A stretch of DNA of 63,778 nt, filler included, from Circinaria calcarea (lineage: Eukaryota): NCBI GenBank assembly GCA_051942165.1. It is 28 parts of 28 records of this genome, joined end to end, with 100 filler letters (N's around TTAATTAATTAA, not from the genome) between each part and the next. Parts side by side here need not be neighbours in the genome. Positions count along the whole stretch, not along the records: positions 47,982 to 50,154 come from JAVECS010003803.1; positions 50,255 to 52,426 come from JAVECS010003804.1; positions 52,527 to 54,698 come from JAVECS010003805.1; positions 54,799 to 56,969 come from JAVECS010003806.1; positions 57,070 to 59,240 come from JAVECS010003807.1; positions 59,341 to 61,509 come from JAVECS010003808.1; 22 more parts are not named here. The stretch is one strand, 5' to 3'. A program made the translations under genes and the position numbers. Below are positions 48,516 through 60,860 of this stretch, piece by piece. The notes under the pieces were generated by a model. It was not told the origin of the DNA. It made no database searches and saw only the letters and a program-made list of their open reading frames with translations. Numbering within the stretch: position 1 is the first letter of the stretch; every line of letters starts with the position of its first letter.

Positions 48516-50003
48516 ATGAACTCGACCGGCGACGTTCCCGATGGAACCACGGGGGAAATGATCCCCGAGAACATTCCCGTTTGGATGGCCATTGCCGCCT
48601 TCACGGCCGTGGCATGGTACAATGTCATCGAACTGAACATCCAGGTCTTCCTGACCTTCAAGCGGCATCGCGGTCTCTACTTTTGGTCCCTCATCATCTC
48701 CAGCTATGGCTGCGTCCTGCACGCCCTCGGCATCCTCTTGAAGCTTCTCCAACTCACCTCGAACAACTTCATTTCCGTAACGATCCTCACCGTCGGCTGG
48801 TATGCCATGGTCACCGGGCAGGCAATCGTCTTGTACTCGAGGCTTCATTTGGTCGTCAGAGACCATCGGGTCCTCCGGGCCGTCCTCCTGATGATCATCA
48901 TCGATGCCATCTGTCTGCACATTCCCACCACCGTCTTGACATACGCCTTGAACGTCCGCAGACCTGTGGATATGATTCCCCATAGCCTCGTCGGTTCATT
49001 CGACAAGATGGAGCGTGTGCAGATGACCTTTTTCTGCATCCAGGAGTTCATCATCTCGGGCATTTATATTTACTCGACCATCCGGCTTCTACGGCCCGTC
49101 TATCATGGGCGGACCCGGAGGGTGATGATGCAGTTGATCTGGATCAATTTGATCATCATCGGTATGGATGTGGTGCTGCTCGTAATGGAGTACAGTAGCC
49201 AATACACCATCCAAGCCACCCTGAAGGCCATGGTCTACAGTATCAAACTGAAACTAGAATTCGGCGTCCTCAACCAGCTGATGACTCTGGCCAACTCATC
49301 GGTCAGCAATGCAACAAAGTTGACGTTCGCCGAGGACCACGAAGTTCCCCCGGCGCCCGCCCTCAAAGGACGCTCCAAGTCCCTCAGTTACCTGAGCCGC
49401 CAATTCTCCAAATCCACTCGGAGCAGGACCAAATCACCTCATGAGAAGCGGGCCGACTCCGTATCAACTGAAACGACCTGGTCCTCACTCGGGTTGAACA
49501 ACAACCGAAGGATACGAACCGACTGGGTCCCTTCCCTCGACCGGAAACGCACTATTGAACCCCAGCACATTGAATACGTCAACGACCCACACAACGTCTT
49601 CACCAATCCAGCCGCCTGCTTTCATCCCGAGGGTCAGAGACGGCACCGTCGTCGCGATGCTCTCTCCGAAATGATCGATACTCCCACCTCTCCGCTCTCC
49701 CCCGCCCTCACCGGCTCCACCCTGAACCACAGCACCAGCAATCCATCACGTCTGAGCGAACGACGGTCCGCGGCACCACCGCCTCTCGATCTTAACACGT
49801 CCAGTGGAATAGGCGTGTTGCGAAGTAATCGACCCAGCGTCAGCGACTGGGCGCACGGCCCCGATTCGGCAAGTAGTCCTTCGTGCAGCGATCAGCGATT
49901 GACCCCCTACGAAATGATATCGGCCGGTCTACATCGGGAAACCAGTACGCGCCAGGGTCGGGGCAGGAACATGGGGCTAGATTTCATGACGAGTGCGATA
50001 TGA
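48516..50003 (+). CDS. Multi-pass (about 7 TM) integral membrane protein with Ser/Arg-rich cytoplasmic tail
   Basis: Intronless 495-aa ORF; motifs AWYNVIEL, GLYFWSL, MVTGQAIVLYSRLHLV, FCIQEFIISGIY and YSIKLKLEFGVLNQL typical of an uncharacterised fungal membrane family. Confidence 0.85.
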   Translation: MNSTGDVPDGTTGEMIPENIPVWMAIAAFTAVAWYNVIELNIQVFLTFKRHRGLYFWSLIISSYGCVLHALGILLKLLQLTSNNFISVTILTVGWYAMVTGQAIVLYSRLHLVVRDHRVLRAVLLMIIIDAICLHIPTTVLTYALNVRRPVDMIPHSLVGSFDKMERVQMTFFCIQEFIISGIYIYSTIRLLRPVYHGRTRRVMMQLIWINLIIIGMDVVLLVMEYSSQYTIQATLKAMVYSIKLKLEFGVLNQLMTLANSSVSNATKLTFAEDHEVPPAPALKGRSKSLSYLSRQFSKSTRSRTKSPHEKRADSVSTETTWSSLGLNNNRRIRTDWVPSLDRKRTIEPQHIEYVNDPHNVFTNPAACFHPEGQRRHRRRDALSEMIDTPTSPLSPALTGSTLNHSTSNPSRLSERRSAAPPPLDLNTSSGIGVLRSNRPSVSDWAHGPDSASSPSCSDQRLTPYEMISAGLHRETSTRQGRGRNMGLDFMTSAI

Positions 50004-51439
50004 TGCGCATCAAATCATGTCGAAGTTGTCGAGGCCAGGCCAATGGGGGGATATCGTTTCGGCCGAAAAGGCATATCAGGAGATGTTTAATGTCGTATGC
50101 TAGCGTGGAGTTGTGGTAAAGGAGGGAATCTGGGGAATGGGGAATGGGGAATGGNNNNNNNNNNNNNNNNNNNNNNNNNNNNNNNNNNNNNNNNNNNNTT
50201 AATTAATTAANNNNNNNNNNNNNNNNNNNNNNNNNNNNNNNNNNNNNNNNNNNNCAGGGAATGGTGGGTGGATGTGGTGGAATTGTGTGTAGAGGAGACG
50301 AGGGTTCATGGGAATGAGATCTTGTTACGTTAATACTCTCACAGTTATGTGACCTGGGCATTTTAGCAAAAGGATATCCGTGTTAGTATTTGACGATTGT
50401 AGTTCTATATACCGACGTTTCTGCCTTGAAGAAGCCCTCCGGTATATATCCTCACGAGTTGGGAATTTCCTTTCCCCTTTCCCTTTACCCCAATAAACTC
50501 CCCTCGATTGCCAAACCGCCCCCTCTCCCCCCCAGGCTCTCTCCATTTCAGTCAGTACACCGATGGTGCTATTGTCAGCTCACTTAGAGCAGGCCATCTC
50601 TTCCTCGTCAATTAGGGCTGGGTGTCTTTGAAATTCGGGTTATTTGTGCGCGATTGATGAAGGATATGGTCCGCTTCTGTCGGTAACGCGTAGGCAACGA
50701 ATGATGATCGCCTCTTCTCGCCCAAGCATGCGGTTGAGCTTCGTCGTATAATCGCTGCGCCAACTCGTCCGCGGGGTGGTTATTCGGGGTAACAATCAGT
50801 ACCTGGGTCTCAAACTTGAGACTGGCGTTGTTGTGAGACATCTGATCCTGGGGGACCTGTGATGACATCAATTCCGTGTAATAGATCTCGACAGTAAAGA
50901 TTGGCTGAGACTCATGACGCGGAAGGCTTCCCTAATTGCAGCTTGGCTGTACTGTCTTCGGATAGAAGATTACAGATGTCTTTGGTCGCTTCAGGTATTA
51001 GGGTTCGGCCTAGCAGAAAGTCTCGACGTTTTGCAAGTTCTGGATTGTCTTGCAACTTTCGCAGCGACGCCAGCTGAAGCTTCAATACCTTTTGTAAGGT
51101 AGATGTTGTCGCGTACACAGTAATCGCTGGATGACTCTGCAAAGCCTGAAAGATATCATCCACCGTCTTGAAGGTATACGGTAAAGAAGAGACCTCGAGG
51201 TCGACATGCTTCTTGGTATCTATGTCGAAGGGTCTGAACAGCACAAGGCTGACGTTACCGAATGCGGCAAAAGGCAAAGCTGTGGTGATCAGGGCGGTCC
51301 TGTTCTCGGTTTCAAGATTCAACTCTGGGTTGAAGTTGACCTTGATAGAATCTCCCGGCTCGAGTCGGATAGTAATTCATATATAGTGAGTTGGAGGTCG
51401 CTTCGTGATATGGACAAGAGCCCACTTGAATCCTGCTAG

Positions 51440-52340
51440 CGCGTGATGGTAAACTCGGACCTGTGCTAGATATGGGGTAATGATAGCAATATCCTGTATA
51501 TAAATACCGTCAATGCGGATGAGCTTCTCTATCAAATCTAGGATTACTGATGCATTAGTGTAATAATAGACCGAGGAAACATTAGGACTCCGGATCCCCT
51601 ACTCTTCGAAGTTGTGTCCAGCAACCAAGAGAGCGATAGAACGGGGTTGTAAATAGGTTCGATCAGTGTTAATAAGTATCCCCTGATAAAAAATCGTCAA
51701 GGTCAGCTTAAAGAAAAATGTGCCAGTATAGTTATATAACGACTTGGTACCATCCTTTTGAACTTGAGCAGTATTCCACAAGTGTATGATATTTGGTATT
51801 CGCGAGTGATGAACTTTGCAACCGCTCGAGCAATAGGACGTGCAGTTATCTCGGTGCCAGGACCACTAGTCAAAATACCACCGTAGAACAGCTGCGGGTT
51901 AACTCCGACAGCTGAGGAACGGCACGGTGCTGCTCGGGCAATATGGCTGATGGATGACCGAGTGCTTTAAGCCGAGGGAGCAGGCCGTGGAGTAGTTGCT
52001 GGGCAAATCCGTTTGTCTTTGGTGGGATAGGATAACCGGTACAAACTGTGCATCATCGCCGACGAAGATAACAGGGACATCACCGTTGTGACTTATTATA
52101 AGCCATGCATCAGGTTTAGTAGCACGGGCTGCCCCCGTCATAAAACACAGCAGCTGTGTGGAAATTATCGTAGATCCATTGTGATGCGGCGTTGGGAAGT
52201 GTGGTAATTATCACTGCGGCCTTTCCGATGACATCTACGCGAAGTATTTTGGTGGCCGCACGAAAGCGTATCATAACATTGGTGTCAGTTGAATGTAGTA
52301 CGGTGAGTGCTACTACACGACCTGTTGGTGGAACCACTAT
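51440..52340 (-). pseudogene. Degenerate DNA2/NAM7 (Upf1-like) SF1 helicase relic
   Basis: VIITT, motif-II-like FYDG/AARA, IFVGDDAQF and DIAIITPYLAQV, in shifting frames with stops. Confidence 0.65.
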
Positions 52341-52526
52341 TGCATTGAAGGTTATCTAACTAGCTACGCTGTGTGTGCGATATGTGTACTCGCCCACTAC
52401 TACGCTATTCCCTATTGGGTGTTGCCNNNNNNNNNNNNNNNNNNNNNNNNNNNNNNNNNNNNNNNNNNNNTTAATTAATTAANNNNNNNNNNNNNNNNNN
52501 NNNNNNNNNNNNNNNNNNNNNNNNNN

Positions 52527-53819
52527 GTATCTATCAACGGCTTTGGATTTTCCCGAGCTACATGCCCGAGCGCCGTTATCAGCTGGTCAAAATGGGGATC
52601 CACATCAGGTCCACAAACGTCTTCAATTTGCGATCCAGGATTTGACGGACTGGGGGTGCATTGATTAATCTTGGCATCTGCTTGTTTGATGAACTGGTGC
52701 TTGAGATTAGCTCTCTAAGCTTTACAAAGATACTTGTTTCTTACTCACAGAGTTGAAAAGATGATGCAGAGCGTATTCACTAATGGAGATCTGTTCCGGC
52801 TGAGGCTTTGACCGTGAGCGGCTATGCTCTCGACGTGCCTTCCCACTTTGTATACGATCCACTCTCTTCTGCGTCAAAGTGTTGTCTCCAGTATCAATAA
52901 TGTTTCGATCACCGGGAAGCGCCAGGGTTGAAACAGGACTTGTCAGCGAAGAGTTGACGTGACTGCACGGTGGAGTGTTAATATGGAGGTCGGGACTCTC
53001 CACAGTCATTGCGTTCGGGCTCAGTATTTCTGGCCTCATTCCCGTCTGCAGCATATCGTTGGCTGAAGACTGCTGGTTACGATGAGCTGGAGTAGAGAGA
53101 TTGGTGGAACTTGGATTGCGAGAATGCTGAGCCACCCCGTGGACGATGGATGTTTGGCGGTGATGCCCATAGCTTACAGAAGGTTTTCGCTCTGAAGTTC
53201 CCACGAGTGGGAGAGTCCCACCATCACCGTTACTAGGTTGTACACGCGGAGACGGTGCTCGCGAAGACGATTGCAACTGAGGTTGGAACGAGAGCGTCAA
53301 GGCTCCATTGGGCGCACCCACCCCTCGACCCCTTAGTGCTGGAGGATCCCGGCCATGATTGTTCTGAGCATCTCCCGCAATGCGCAAGTCAGACTGAAAA
53401 GAAGGGAGTTGATATGATGCCTGATCAGGATTGGTCGAGACGTTGGGTTGCCAACCTCTGGCAGACTGCGCTCCAGCTGCATACTTTCCATCAGTACATC
53501 AATCATTAGACAAGAAGATCTCTCTAACAACCCGCAAGGCTCTCGGGAGTCTACGTTGAAAGAACTTACCCATACTGCATCTCCCCCAGTCCCTCTAGCT
53601 GACAATGCTGCTCAGGAAGTCATGATATCCATCGACTGTGCAGGCGTTCTGGAATCTTATCCAATCCTTGTCCGTGATGCTACGGTAATCAAACGATTGG
53701 CGTTGCAGCCCCTGCACTCTTGATGGACGTGAACGGCCCTTTATACTGCCGCTCGGAATATCCCAACCGGCGGATTCGGAGTGGCGGTACTCCGTAGACT
53801 GATCTAAATCACAAGTCAT
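52527..53819 (-). CDS. TAO3: Cell morphogenesis protein Tao3/PAG1 (Furry family), N-terminal part; start uncertain
   Basis: ERKPSVSYGHHRQTSIVHG, EYALHHLFNS, intron, then FIKQADAKINQC...CGPDVDPHFDQLITALGHVARENPKPLIDT. Confidence 0.8.
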
Positions 53820-54180
53820 CAATAATCGTACATTCAGCTGGATGTACCGGGTGTTACATTTGCCGCGGCAAAATCCTTTAGACTTGGGGTACATGATAAA
53901 CCCATCCTAGGGCATTTCGGTTGAGGATCTCGCAAACAAGTCATACAACCATCCTCCAGCTTTAGGCGTATTGCCTGGAGATCCTCGGAAGAGAATCTTA
54001 CACCGAACTGGAAAGACACTTCAGCCCAAAGCCCAAGTCAACGAAGTGGGTAGATCACTCTCCGGTTTTTCGTGGCTAGTACAACACATCGACTCTATCG
54101 TTTGATCTTACTGGTACACTCACTTACCTCGGAGAACACCAGGAGCATCGAGGAAGTCGGTCCCAGGCCGCTCTGTCACC

Positions 54181-54698
54181 ATGGCGCAACTTGATACCCT
54201 CGACATTGCGGTACTCGCTATACTGCTCTTGGCCAGCGCTGCCTACTTTACAAAGGGTACATACTGGGCAGTACCAAAAGATCCATATGCAGGCGCCTAT
54301 GCAAATGGAAATGGAGCAAAAGCAGGCAAGTCAAGAAACATTCTGGAGAAAATGGATGAGACTGGAAAGAATTGTGTTGTTTTCTACGGATCCCAGACGG
54401 GTACCGCGGAAGATTATGCAGCGAGGATAGCAAAGGAGGGCTCATCAAGATTCGGACTGAAGACCATGGTGGCGGATTTAGAAGACTATGATTACGAAAA
54501 CCTCGACGAATTTCCAGAGGATAAAGTCGCTGTCTTCGTTCTGGCCACATACGGTGAAGGAGAGCCGACGGATAATGCGGTGGACTTTTATGAGTTCATC
54601 ACTGGTGAAAGTGTCTCCTTCAGCAAAGGTGGTGGGGTCGACGAGCAGCCATTAGCAAACCTGAAATTTGTTGCCTTTGGTCTCGGGAACAATACATA
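54181..54698 (+). CDS. NCP1: NADPH-cytochrome P450 reductase, 5' part
   Basis: MAQLDTLD membrane anchor, FYGSQTGTAEDYA, ATYGEGEPTDNA, FGLGNNT. Confidence 0.97.
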
Positions 54699-54798
54699 NN
54701 NNNNNNNNNNNNNNNNNNNNNNNNNNNNNNNNNNNNNNNNNNTTAATTAATTAANNNNNNNNNNNNNNNNNNNNNNNNNNNNNNNNNNNNNNNNNNNN

Positions 54799-56030
54799 CG
54801 CAACCGCCCATGCATCATACAAGAAAGTGACGAACGATGCATGCTTTGCGCTGATGCTGATCGCGAATGCATCTTCACGCGGACTCTATCCTTGAGAGGG
54901 CCCAAAGGTGCATTCTCATGGGACCATCTTTGTCGGAGGAACCATTCTGATGAGTATTTTTGATCCTCACAATCTATATTCTACGCATCTGCATTTACTA
55001 ACTTTCCGTAGGGCCAAAAACTGGCTTCAACCTCCTCACGGCCCGGGGATCGAGGTCAGGAATGACGGGTTTGGGACTACCAGTTCAAAAGCCGCAAATA
55101 ATGCTCTGTTTTCAGAGCGCACAGTTCCTACAGTATTGACTAGTGCAAGAACATCATCTGCTGCGCCAAGCTTCTTCCAAAAGGCGCGGCTGGAAAATTT
55201 ATCTTCCGCCCGCAGAACACTAAACAGCAATCAGGTTTGGAAAAAGGCTGTAATTTTCCTTCTTGCAGTTGCTAAGTTCAGGGCTGCCGGGAAAGCTCAC
55301 CATCTATCGAAAGCTAAGGAATCCCAACAAGGTCACGCCAACCCTGCTGTACTTCTTGCAGTTGCCAAGTTCAAGGCCGCCGGAAAAGCACACCATCTAT
55401 CGAAAATTAAGGAATCCCACGACCGTGAAGCCATCCAAGCAGTCTCTGGCGGTCCGGGATATCCTGAAGCATTTGGTGATCTCCGGCTGTCACTGGCTAA
55501 TTATGATCCGCCATGGACAGCTCCGACAATCGAGCTGGTAAGCTTTGATGCTAAACAGGAGGTGGGAAATACTTCTCAGCACCGTGAACATTCCGTCTTC
55601 AACCCCATTCCAAGGAGTGCTGATGAACCATGGAGCCCAAATATACCCTCCGCTAGTCATAACTTCCCTGGTAGTAGCGTCTTTTCGCTGGATGGGAACG
55701 TGAAACCCTACCGCGCATCACGAAGGCGTCGTTTGGACCCAAAAGATAGGGAGCATGCTCAAAAGATGAGAAGGATTGGAGCATGTGCTGACTGTAGGAT
55801 GAAAAAGGTAAAGGTATGATGACGCATGTATACTGATACAGGTAGCAAAATGCTAACGTCCATGCAGTGCACTCATAGACTCGATGCAGATTTATCCACG
55901 ACTCCTTCCACAAAACAGTCTTCCACCAATTCCACCCCACAAATCAATGGCCCCTCTCCACCCAGGGACTTGGATTCCGCCCTCCCGATTGCAATAGAGT
56001 CACCGTCAGATCCTTCTGCAACTGGGAAAT
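54799..56030 (+). CDS. Putative zinc-cluster-type transcription factor, 5' truncated
   Basis: First exon PCIIQESDERCMLCADADRECIF (end of a Cys6 cluster), intron about 54908-55011, long ORF ending MRRIGACADCRMKKVK, intron, CTH.... Confidence 0.6.
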
Positions 56031-56567
56031 AATCCCCTTCCCGCTTAACCGAAACGACCATATTCGCCCTCAGACTCCTAACCCCCTTCCCCTTTCCATA
56101 TCACCCCCTCATGTGCCGCCACTCTCCCACATTCGGCCAAGTATCTTCCTTTTTTCCACCCAGGAAGGCAAAATGGTACCCCTGGACCATGTCTCCCAAG
56201 CCGGTGGAACCCACCCGTTTGCCCTCCTTGGGTATCAGTCCAATCGGGTTTTTGGCAACTGCTGTCGTTTGATGGGAAATGTTGTCGTCAATGGATAATG
56301 TATTAGGGTGGAATTATAGGCAGTGGTAAGCAATATCTGATGAGGGGAGAATTTTTAGTGAGTGAGTGAGAGAGAGTGTGTGTGTGCCCCCGGGATCCTG
56401 GGACTAGACTCAATGAAAAGGGTGGTTGGGAGGAGAAGAAAGAAGGATTAATTCTGCCTGGGTTTTGGTTTTGTTTTGTTTTGTTTTTTCGGGGACGGGA
56501 AAGAAAAGGGAGGGGGGCCTTTTCGCATACCCGTATATTATGCGTTATGCTTCGAGCTGCTAGCCGA

Positions 56568-56700
56568 TGCAAAGGGTCCTTTTGGTATAGGGAATTGTCA
56601 TGATGAGTCTAGGAGGGGTAGGGGGAAAGGAACCAGTGCAAAGGGTCCTTTTGGTATAGGGGATTATCATGACGAGTCTGGGAGGGAAAGGGGGAAAGGG
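56568..56700. repeat. 69-bp-period direct duplication
   Basis: TGCAAAGGGTCCTTTTGGTATAGGG...TCATGA.GAGTCT.GGAGGG starts at 56568 and again at 56637. Confidence 0.85.
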
Positions 56701-57120
56701 AAAGCATGGTATATGCGGAAAAGCTGGCTTTGATACCATTGGAAATATATACCTGATGTACTCGCAAGGCAAAGCCGATGCCATTGCTCCTTTCTGCTTT
56801 GCTTTGCTTTGCTTTGCTTACCTGCCAAACAGAGAATTTAGGCCTTGGAGCGTTGCGGCGGTGAACCCACTAGAGTAAGAGGTAGGAAATATCGTCAAAA
56901 GTTTAATTACCCAGTTCTATTTTATTGCAGGTGAAGCCCCTGTAATAGTAATTTTACATTGTACCAAACNNNNNNNNNNNNNNNNNNNNNNNNNNNNNNN
57001 NNNNNNNNNNNNNTTAATTAATTAANNNNNNNNNNNNNNNNNNNNNNNNNNNNNNNNNNNNNNNNNNNNGTACGGTCCGGTGGCGACTCATGGGCTGGAT
57101 CCTTTGCTAATTGTACTAGA

Positions 57121-57483
57121 TGGGATCCGTATTATATTCGTTCCCTCACTCGATTCTCTGATCAAGGCTTGATACCCCCGCTCTCCGCGGCTCAGCTCGA
57201 GGCTGCCGAAATTTTGGAGCAAACCTGCAAGCGTCTTTCCCTACACATGATTCTAGAAGTGGGCGATATCCAATTCCTATCGAACGAACATGTCTTCCAC
57301 GCGAGGACCGAGTATACGGACCACGCGCCTCCCGCACCAAGGAGGCATTTGATGCGGCTATGGCTAGCGACACCAGACAATGAAGGAGGATGGAAGCTCC
57401 CATTCCATGATAGTGCCCAGAAGAAGAGGGGTGGGATACAGGTAGATGATACACCACCAGTGGCGCCTCTGGACGCCGAATAG
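57121..57483 (+). CDS. TauD/TfdA/clavaminate-synthase-like Fe(II)/2OG dioxygenase, last exon
   Basis: LEVGDIQFLSNEHVFHARTEYTD...RRHLMRLWL. Confidence 0.88.
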   Translation, partial: WDPYYIRSLTRFSDQGLIPPLSAAQLEAAEILEQTCKRLSLHMILEVGDIQFLSNEHVFHARTEYTDHAPPAPRRHLMRLWLATPDNEGGWKLPFHDSAQKKRGGIQVDDTPPVAPLDAE

Positions 57484-58154
57484 AATCTGAAAACCATTTT
57501 GGATCGACAGACACTGGAATAGGCAATAGAGAAACATGTAGTTTGGTCTCTGACCTGAGACATCCTGTTATGCAGCGAACTGTGAGAATCCCCCTCAGGC
57601 AATTTACTTGTTAATTGTATTGCAGTGCTTACCCCCGTCTGCGCTGACCTTGAGGCATGAGCTAAGCCGGATTGATAGCACATTGATCACGTGAGAGAAA
57701 TTCCGGAGAATTTCAGTAGAGTTCCCAGGAATAATTACGGAGCAATCATCATGCTTATCTCGAACCAGCCTCTGCATACTCATTAAACATTGTGACGTCC
57801 CTTGTACATCGTACATCCGAGCGTTGCCTTTTGCAGTCATTATGATTTATTCGCTGGACAGAATGAGTTGTCTTTACTGCTGCGACTCCTTCTCGTCTTC
57901 ATCACTTGGGCGGTTGTGGAGATGAGGAGCTTCCAGCAATCCTGGGTAGCTTGCGCTACTCTATTAGATCTTACTCCATCATTCATTCCAGATATACTGC
58001 AGTTGTAGGACTGCACTTGAGCAGATGTTCTTAAGGTAGCGCTCGGAGTCTCAAGGTTTTCCAGCGCAGCCACCAAAATATCTTGTCTCATCGATTTTGA
58101 TGTTGACCGCTACTGGTTGAGCTGATCTTAGATCTCTTACATGTCCCAGTCTCA

Positions 58155-58525
58155 ATGGCATTGCTTCCCCTAGAGTTGATACGTAATGTGTGCAAAAATC
58201 TCCAAATTACGGATATCAAGAATGTACGGCATACGTATAAATATCTTTCAGATATTGCAGCGGAGTTCCTCACTCCCGAGATTCACGTCAAATGCAAGAT
58301 CCAGAGTATAACTCTACTCAAACAAGTCTCCCTCCACCTATCGAGGGCCGTAACATGGATCACCGAGAGATTGTCCGAGCAATTTTGCGCTTCCCAAAGC
58401 TCAAGACCATCTGTATATCCGTTGACAGTGTTATCTCGGAGGCAACCCCCCTTCTCAAGAAGTCTTACCAGGACTGTCTGGTCGTGCCTGATTCCGAGTA
58501 CGGATTCCTGCAGATTTGCTGGTGA
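58155..58525 (+). pseudogene. Degenerate F-box protein
   Basis: LLPLELIRNVCKNLQITDIKNVRHT is F-box-like; the downstream sequence (AILRFPKLKTICIS) lies in another frame and ends early. Confidence 0.45.
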
Positions 58526-59095
58526 CAGGTGCCGACGAAGTTGGGCAATGGTTTTTACATTTTCCAAGGCATGATCAGAACAACGGCGCTGCAAGTCGGC
58601 GGCTGAGGATCTTGGATTATGTTATGAGGCGGTCCGCAGTCAGTCCATTAGTGACAGATGGGGATGGTATGGACTGAAATGAAGTAGGGAGTGGAATATA
58701 GAATGTTGTACGGCTACATAGCTAAGGCTCATAAACAAATGTCGCGTACTGCGAAGCTGCACGGGGACATGATCACAGTTCATATCCCCGTAAGTGAACG
58801 GAATTGAATCAGTTGTGGAAGGCATAGGCAGTTTAAAAAGCGCCAGCAAGTCCACAATAAAGTGGGAAAAGTGACCGAAAAGACCAGACACTCGAAACCC
58901 TATTACCCACCATATATCTTGACGCTTCTGCAATAAACAAATCTATGAGTTAGGGCTTCCCTTTCATTGTTATCTCATCTCGGCAAACCCCTGACATCAT
59001 CCCTTCCCAAAAGAAAAAAAAAATCCACTCCGAGCTCCCTTATCTAGATATATCCAACACCCTTCCCAAACTACCACTTACCTCACCAATTTGCG

Positions 59096-59212
59096 ATGCG
59101 CCCTTCTGACCCTCGCCCCCCAACCGCCGGCCCTCCCTCCGGCCCTGCCCCTCCTTTTCCTCTCAAGCTCAACGGCAAAGTCGTCAAGGGTTTTGGTCGC
59201 GGCAGTAAAGAG
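59096..59212 (+). CDS. FMN1: Riboflavin kinase, first exon
   Basis: MRP...[21 protein letters not shown] followed by a GT donor. Confidence 0.85.
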
Positions 59213-59439
59213 GTATTATATTTCTCCCTCGTCAATTCCCNNNNNNNNNNNNNNNNNNNNNNNNNNNNNNNNNNNNNNNNNNNNTTAATTAATTAANNNN
59301 NNNNNNNNNNNNNNNNNNNNNNNNNNNNNNNNNNNNNNNNCGCAATTGATTGTTTAGTTTGCGCAGTCAATTACTCAATGTGCGCGCTGGGGTATAAATT
59401 TGTATAATAGGGTATAAATCTGTACATTTCCGTAAACAT

Positions 59440-60860
59440 ATTGGTGGAGAGGTATTCATTCGCAACAGTGGGGACTGAGGAAAAGAGACAATTCCTAATT
59501 GAAAGGTACAGCATTAACAACGACCACATCTTTTCTAGCCGCTTGACTGTCTTTCGCCAAGGATTTGTGAACAAGACTAGTGGAAGAGGTGTCAACGTTG
59601 CTCTCAACTCTCTGAACAGCCAAATGTTTTGCGAGTCGTGCAACGTGGTGGCACTCTTTGGGTGATTTGTCAAGATTGGTTGCAAGGAGGTGATAGAAGA
59701 CGCCGCCTATAGGATATCTGCTCACGAATATCACCTTTGGCTATGCCAAAATGGCGCTCGTCATCTGGGAAGCTCCCTGGCTTGCGCAGAGAGTCTTGCA
59801 CAACGTGGTTTAACTCGTTGCGGCTGGTGCCATCAAGCCCGTACCCATCACCACCATGCCCATCTCCAAGATGAAAGCGCCTTTCGCATCGTCTAGGGCG
59901 GCAAGCTTATTGGAAAGATAATCTTGACCGTTTCGGAAGCGGACAAAGTCAAAGTTAGAACTGTTATTGCGTGAGGCCTTGCGGACCAACAACTGACGTA
60001 TAACAGATTATTCTGGCCAGCCGCCACCCATGCAATTCAAACCTGACACTGCCCTATACCGTCATGGGAGGGCTCAGACGATTGGGAAAACGCATCACCA
60101 CTTGGCCGTCCAAAGATGGCGCCAAAAACATTACCGCAGTGTCTGTTCTGGGTTGACCGACGGCGAAGCTCCAGCCCTCGTCCACAAGCTCAAGGCTTAG
60201 GGTACCTCGCTCTCTATCCAGGCCCCTACAGTTCTTATTGTATGAGCTTCCCGACCCCTCGGCGCGATGCACCACTAACTCGTACTTGACAGGACATTCC
60301 CTTTGAAGAAGTGACATATGATCAATAGACAACGGCCGCGCGACCAAAGGTCCAAGGGATATGGAACCTCCACGCCCAACTTCCGGAAGGGCTTGACTTG
60401 TTCATCACCCTGTCTTCTAGCTACAGCTTTCAAGACGAGTTAGCCCACTATCGCACCGCACGGGGGCTCCCGGTTCATTCGGGCAATGTAGGCATGATTC
60501 TCAAAGCAGGCTACGTGAGGGGCTTTGGCAGCGTCACCGTCGACCAGCTCCTGGCACACATTGGCAAAGTCATCAGCGACTCGCCAACTAGCCTAGGCAA
60601 AAGCCAGTCTACTGTAGTGCCATTGTTGGCCTGAACCACAGAAAGTTTGCCTATCTCTATAGCAAGAGTCTTGCTTCGGCACACATGTTGGACGCATCCA
60701 CCAATCTACTGCTCGGGTTACAGTCCGGTGCCAATGCGGCCAAGATGATTGACCTCCCCGTCAACCGCGCTAATGCATCCAACAGACTTTGGTAAGGAAT
60801 TGCAAAAGTAGATCAGCACGGATCTGCGGGCCGACGTCCCGCTGCTTAATCTTCAAGGCT
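59440..60860 (+). pseudogene. Highly reducing polyketide synthase relic (ER-KR-ACP end)
   Basis: FATVGTEEKRQFL...HIFSSR...GRGVNVALNSL (ER); YTVMGGL..LG..GAKNI and PKVQGIWNLH...LDLFITLSS (KR); many frameshifts, stops and deletions. Confidence 0.8.

Noticed and set aside
3513..60860. Apparent metabolic cluster (CYP51, GMC oxidase, CYP52, P450 reductase, TauD, PKS)
   Set aside because: Each gene is on a separate unlinked contig; co-occurrence comes from length sorting.
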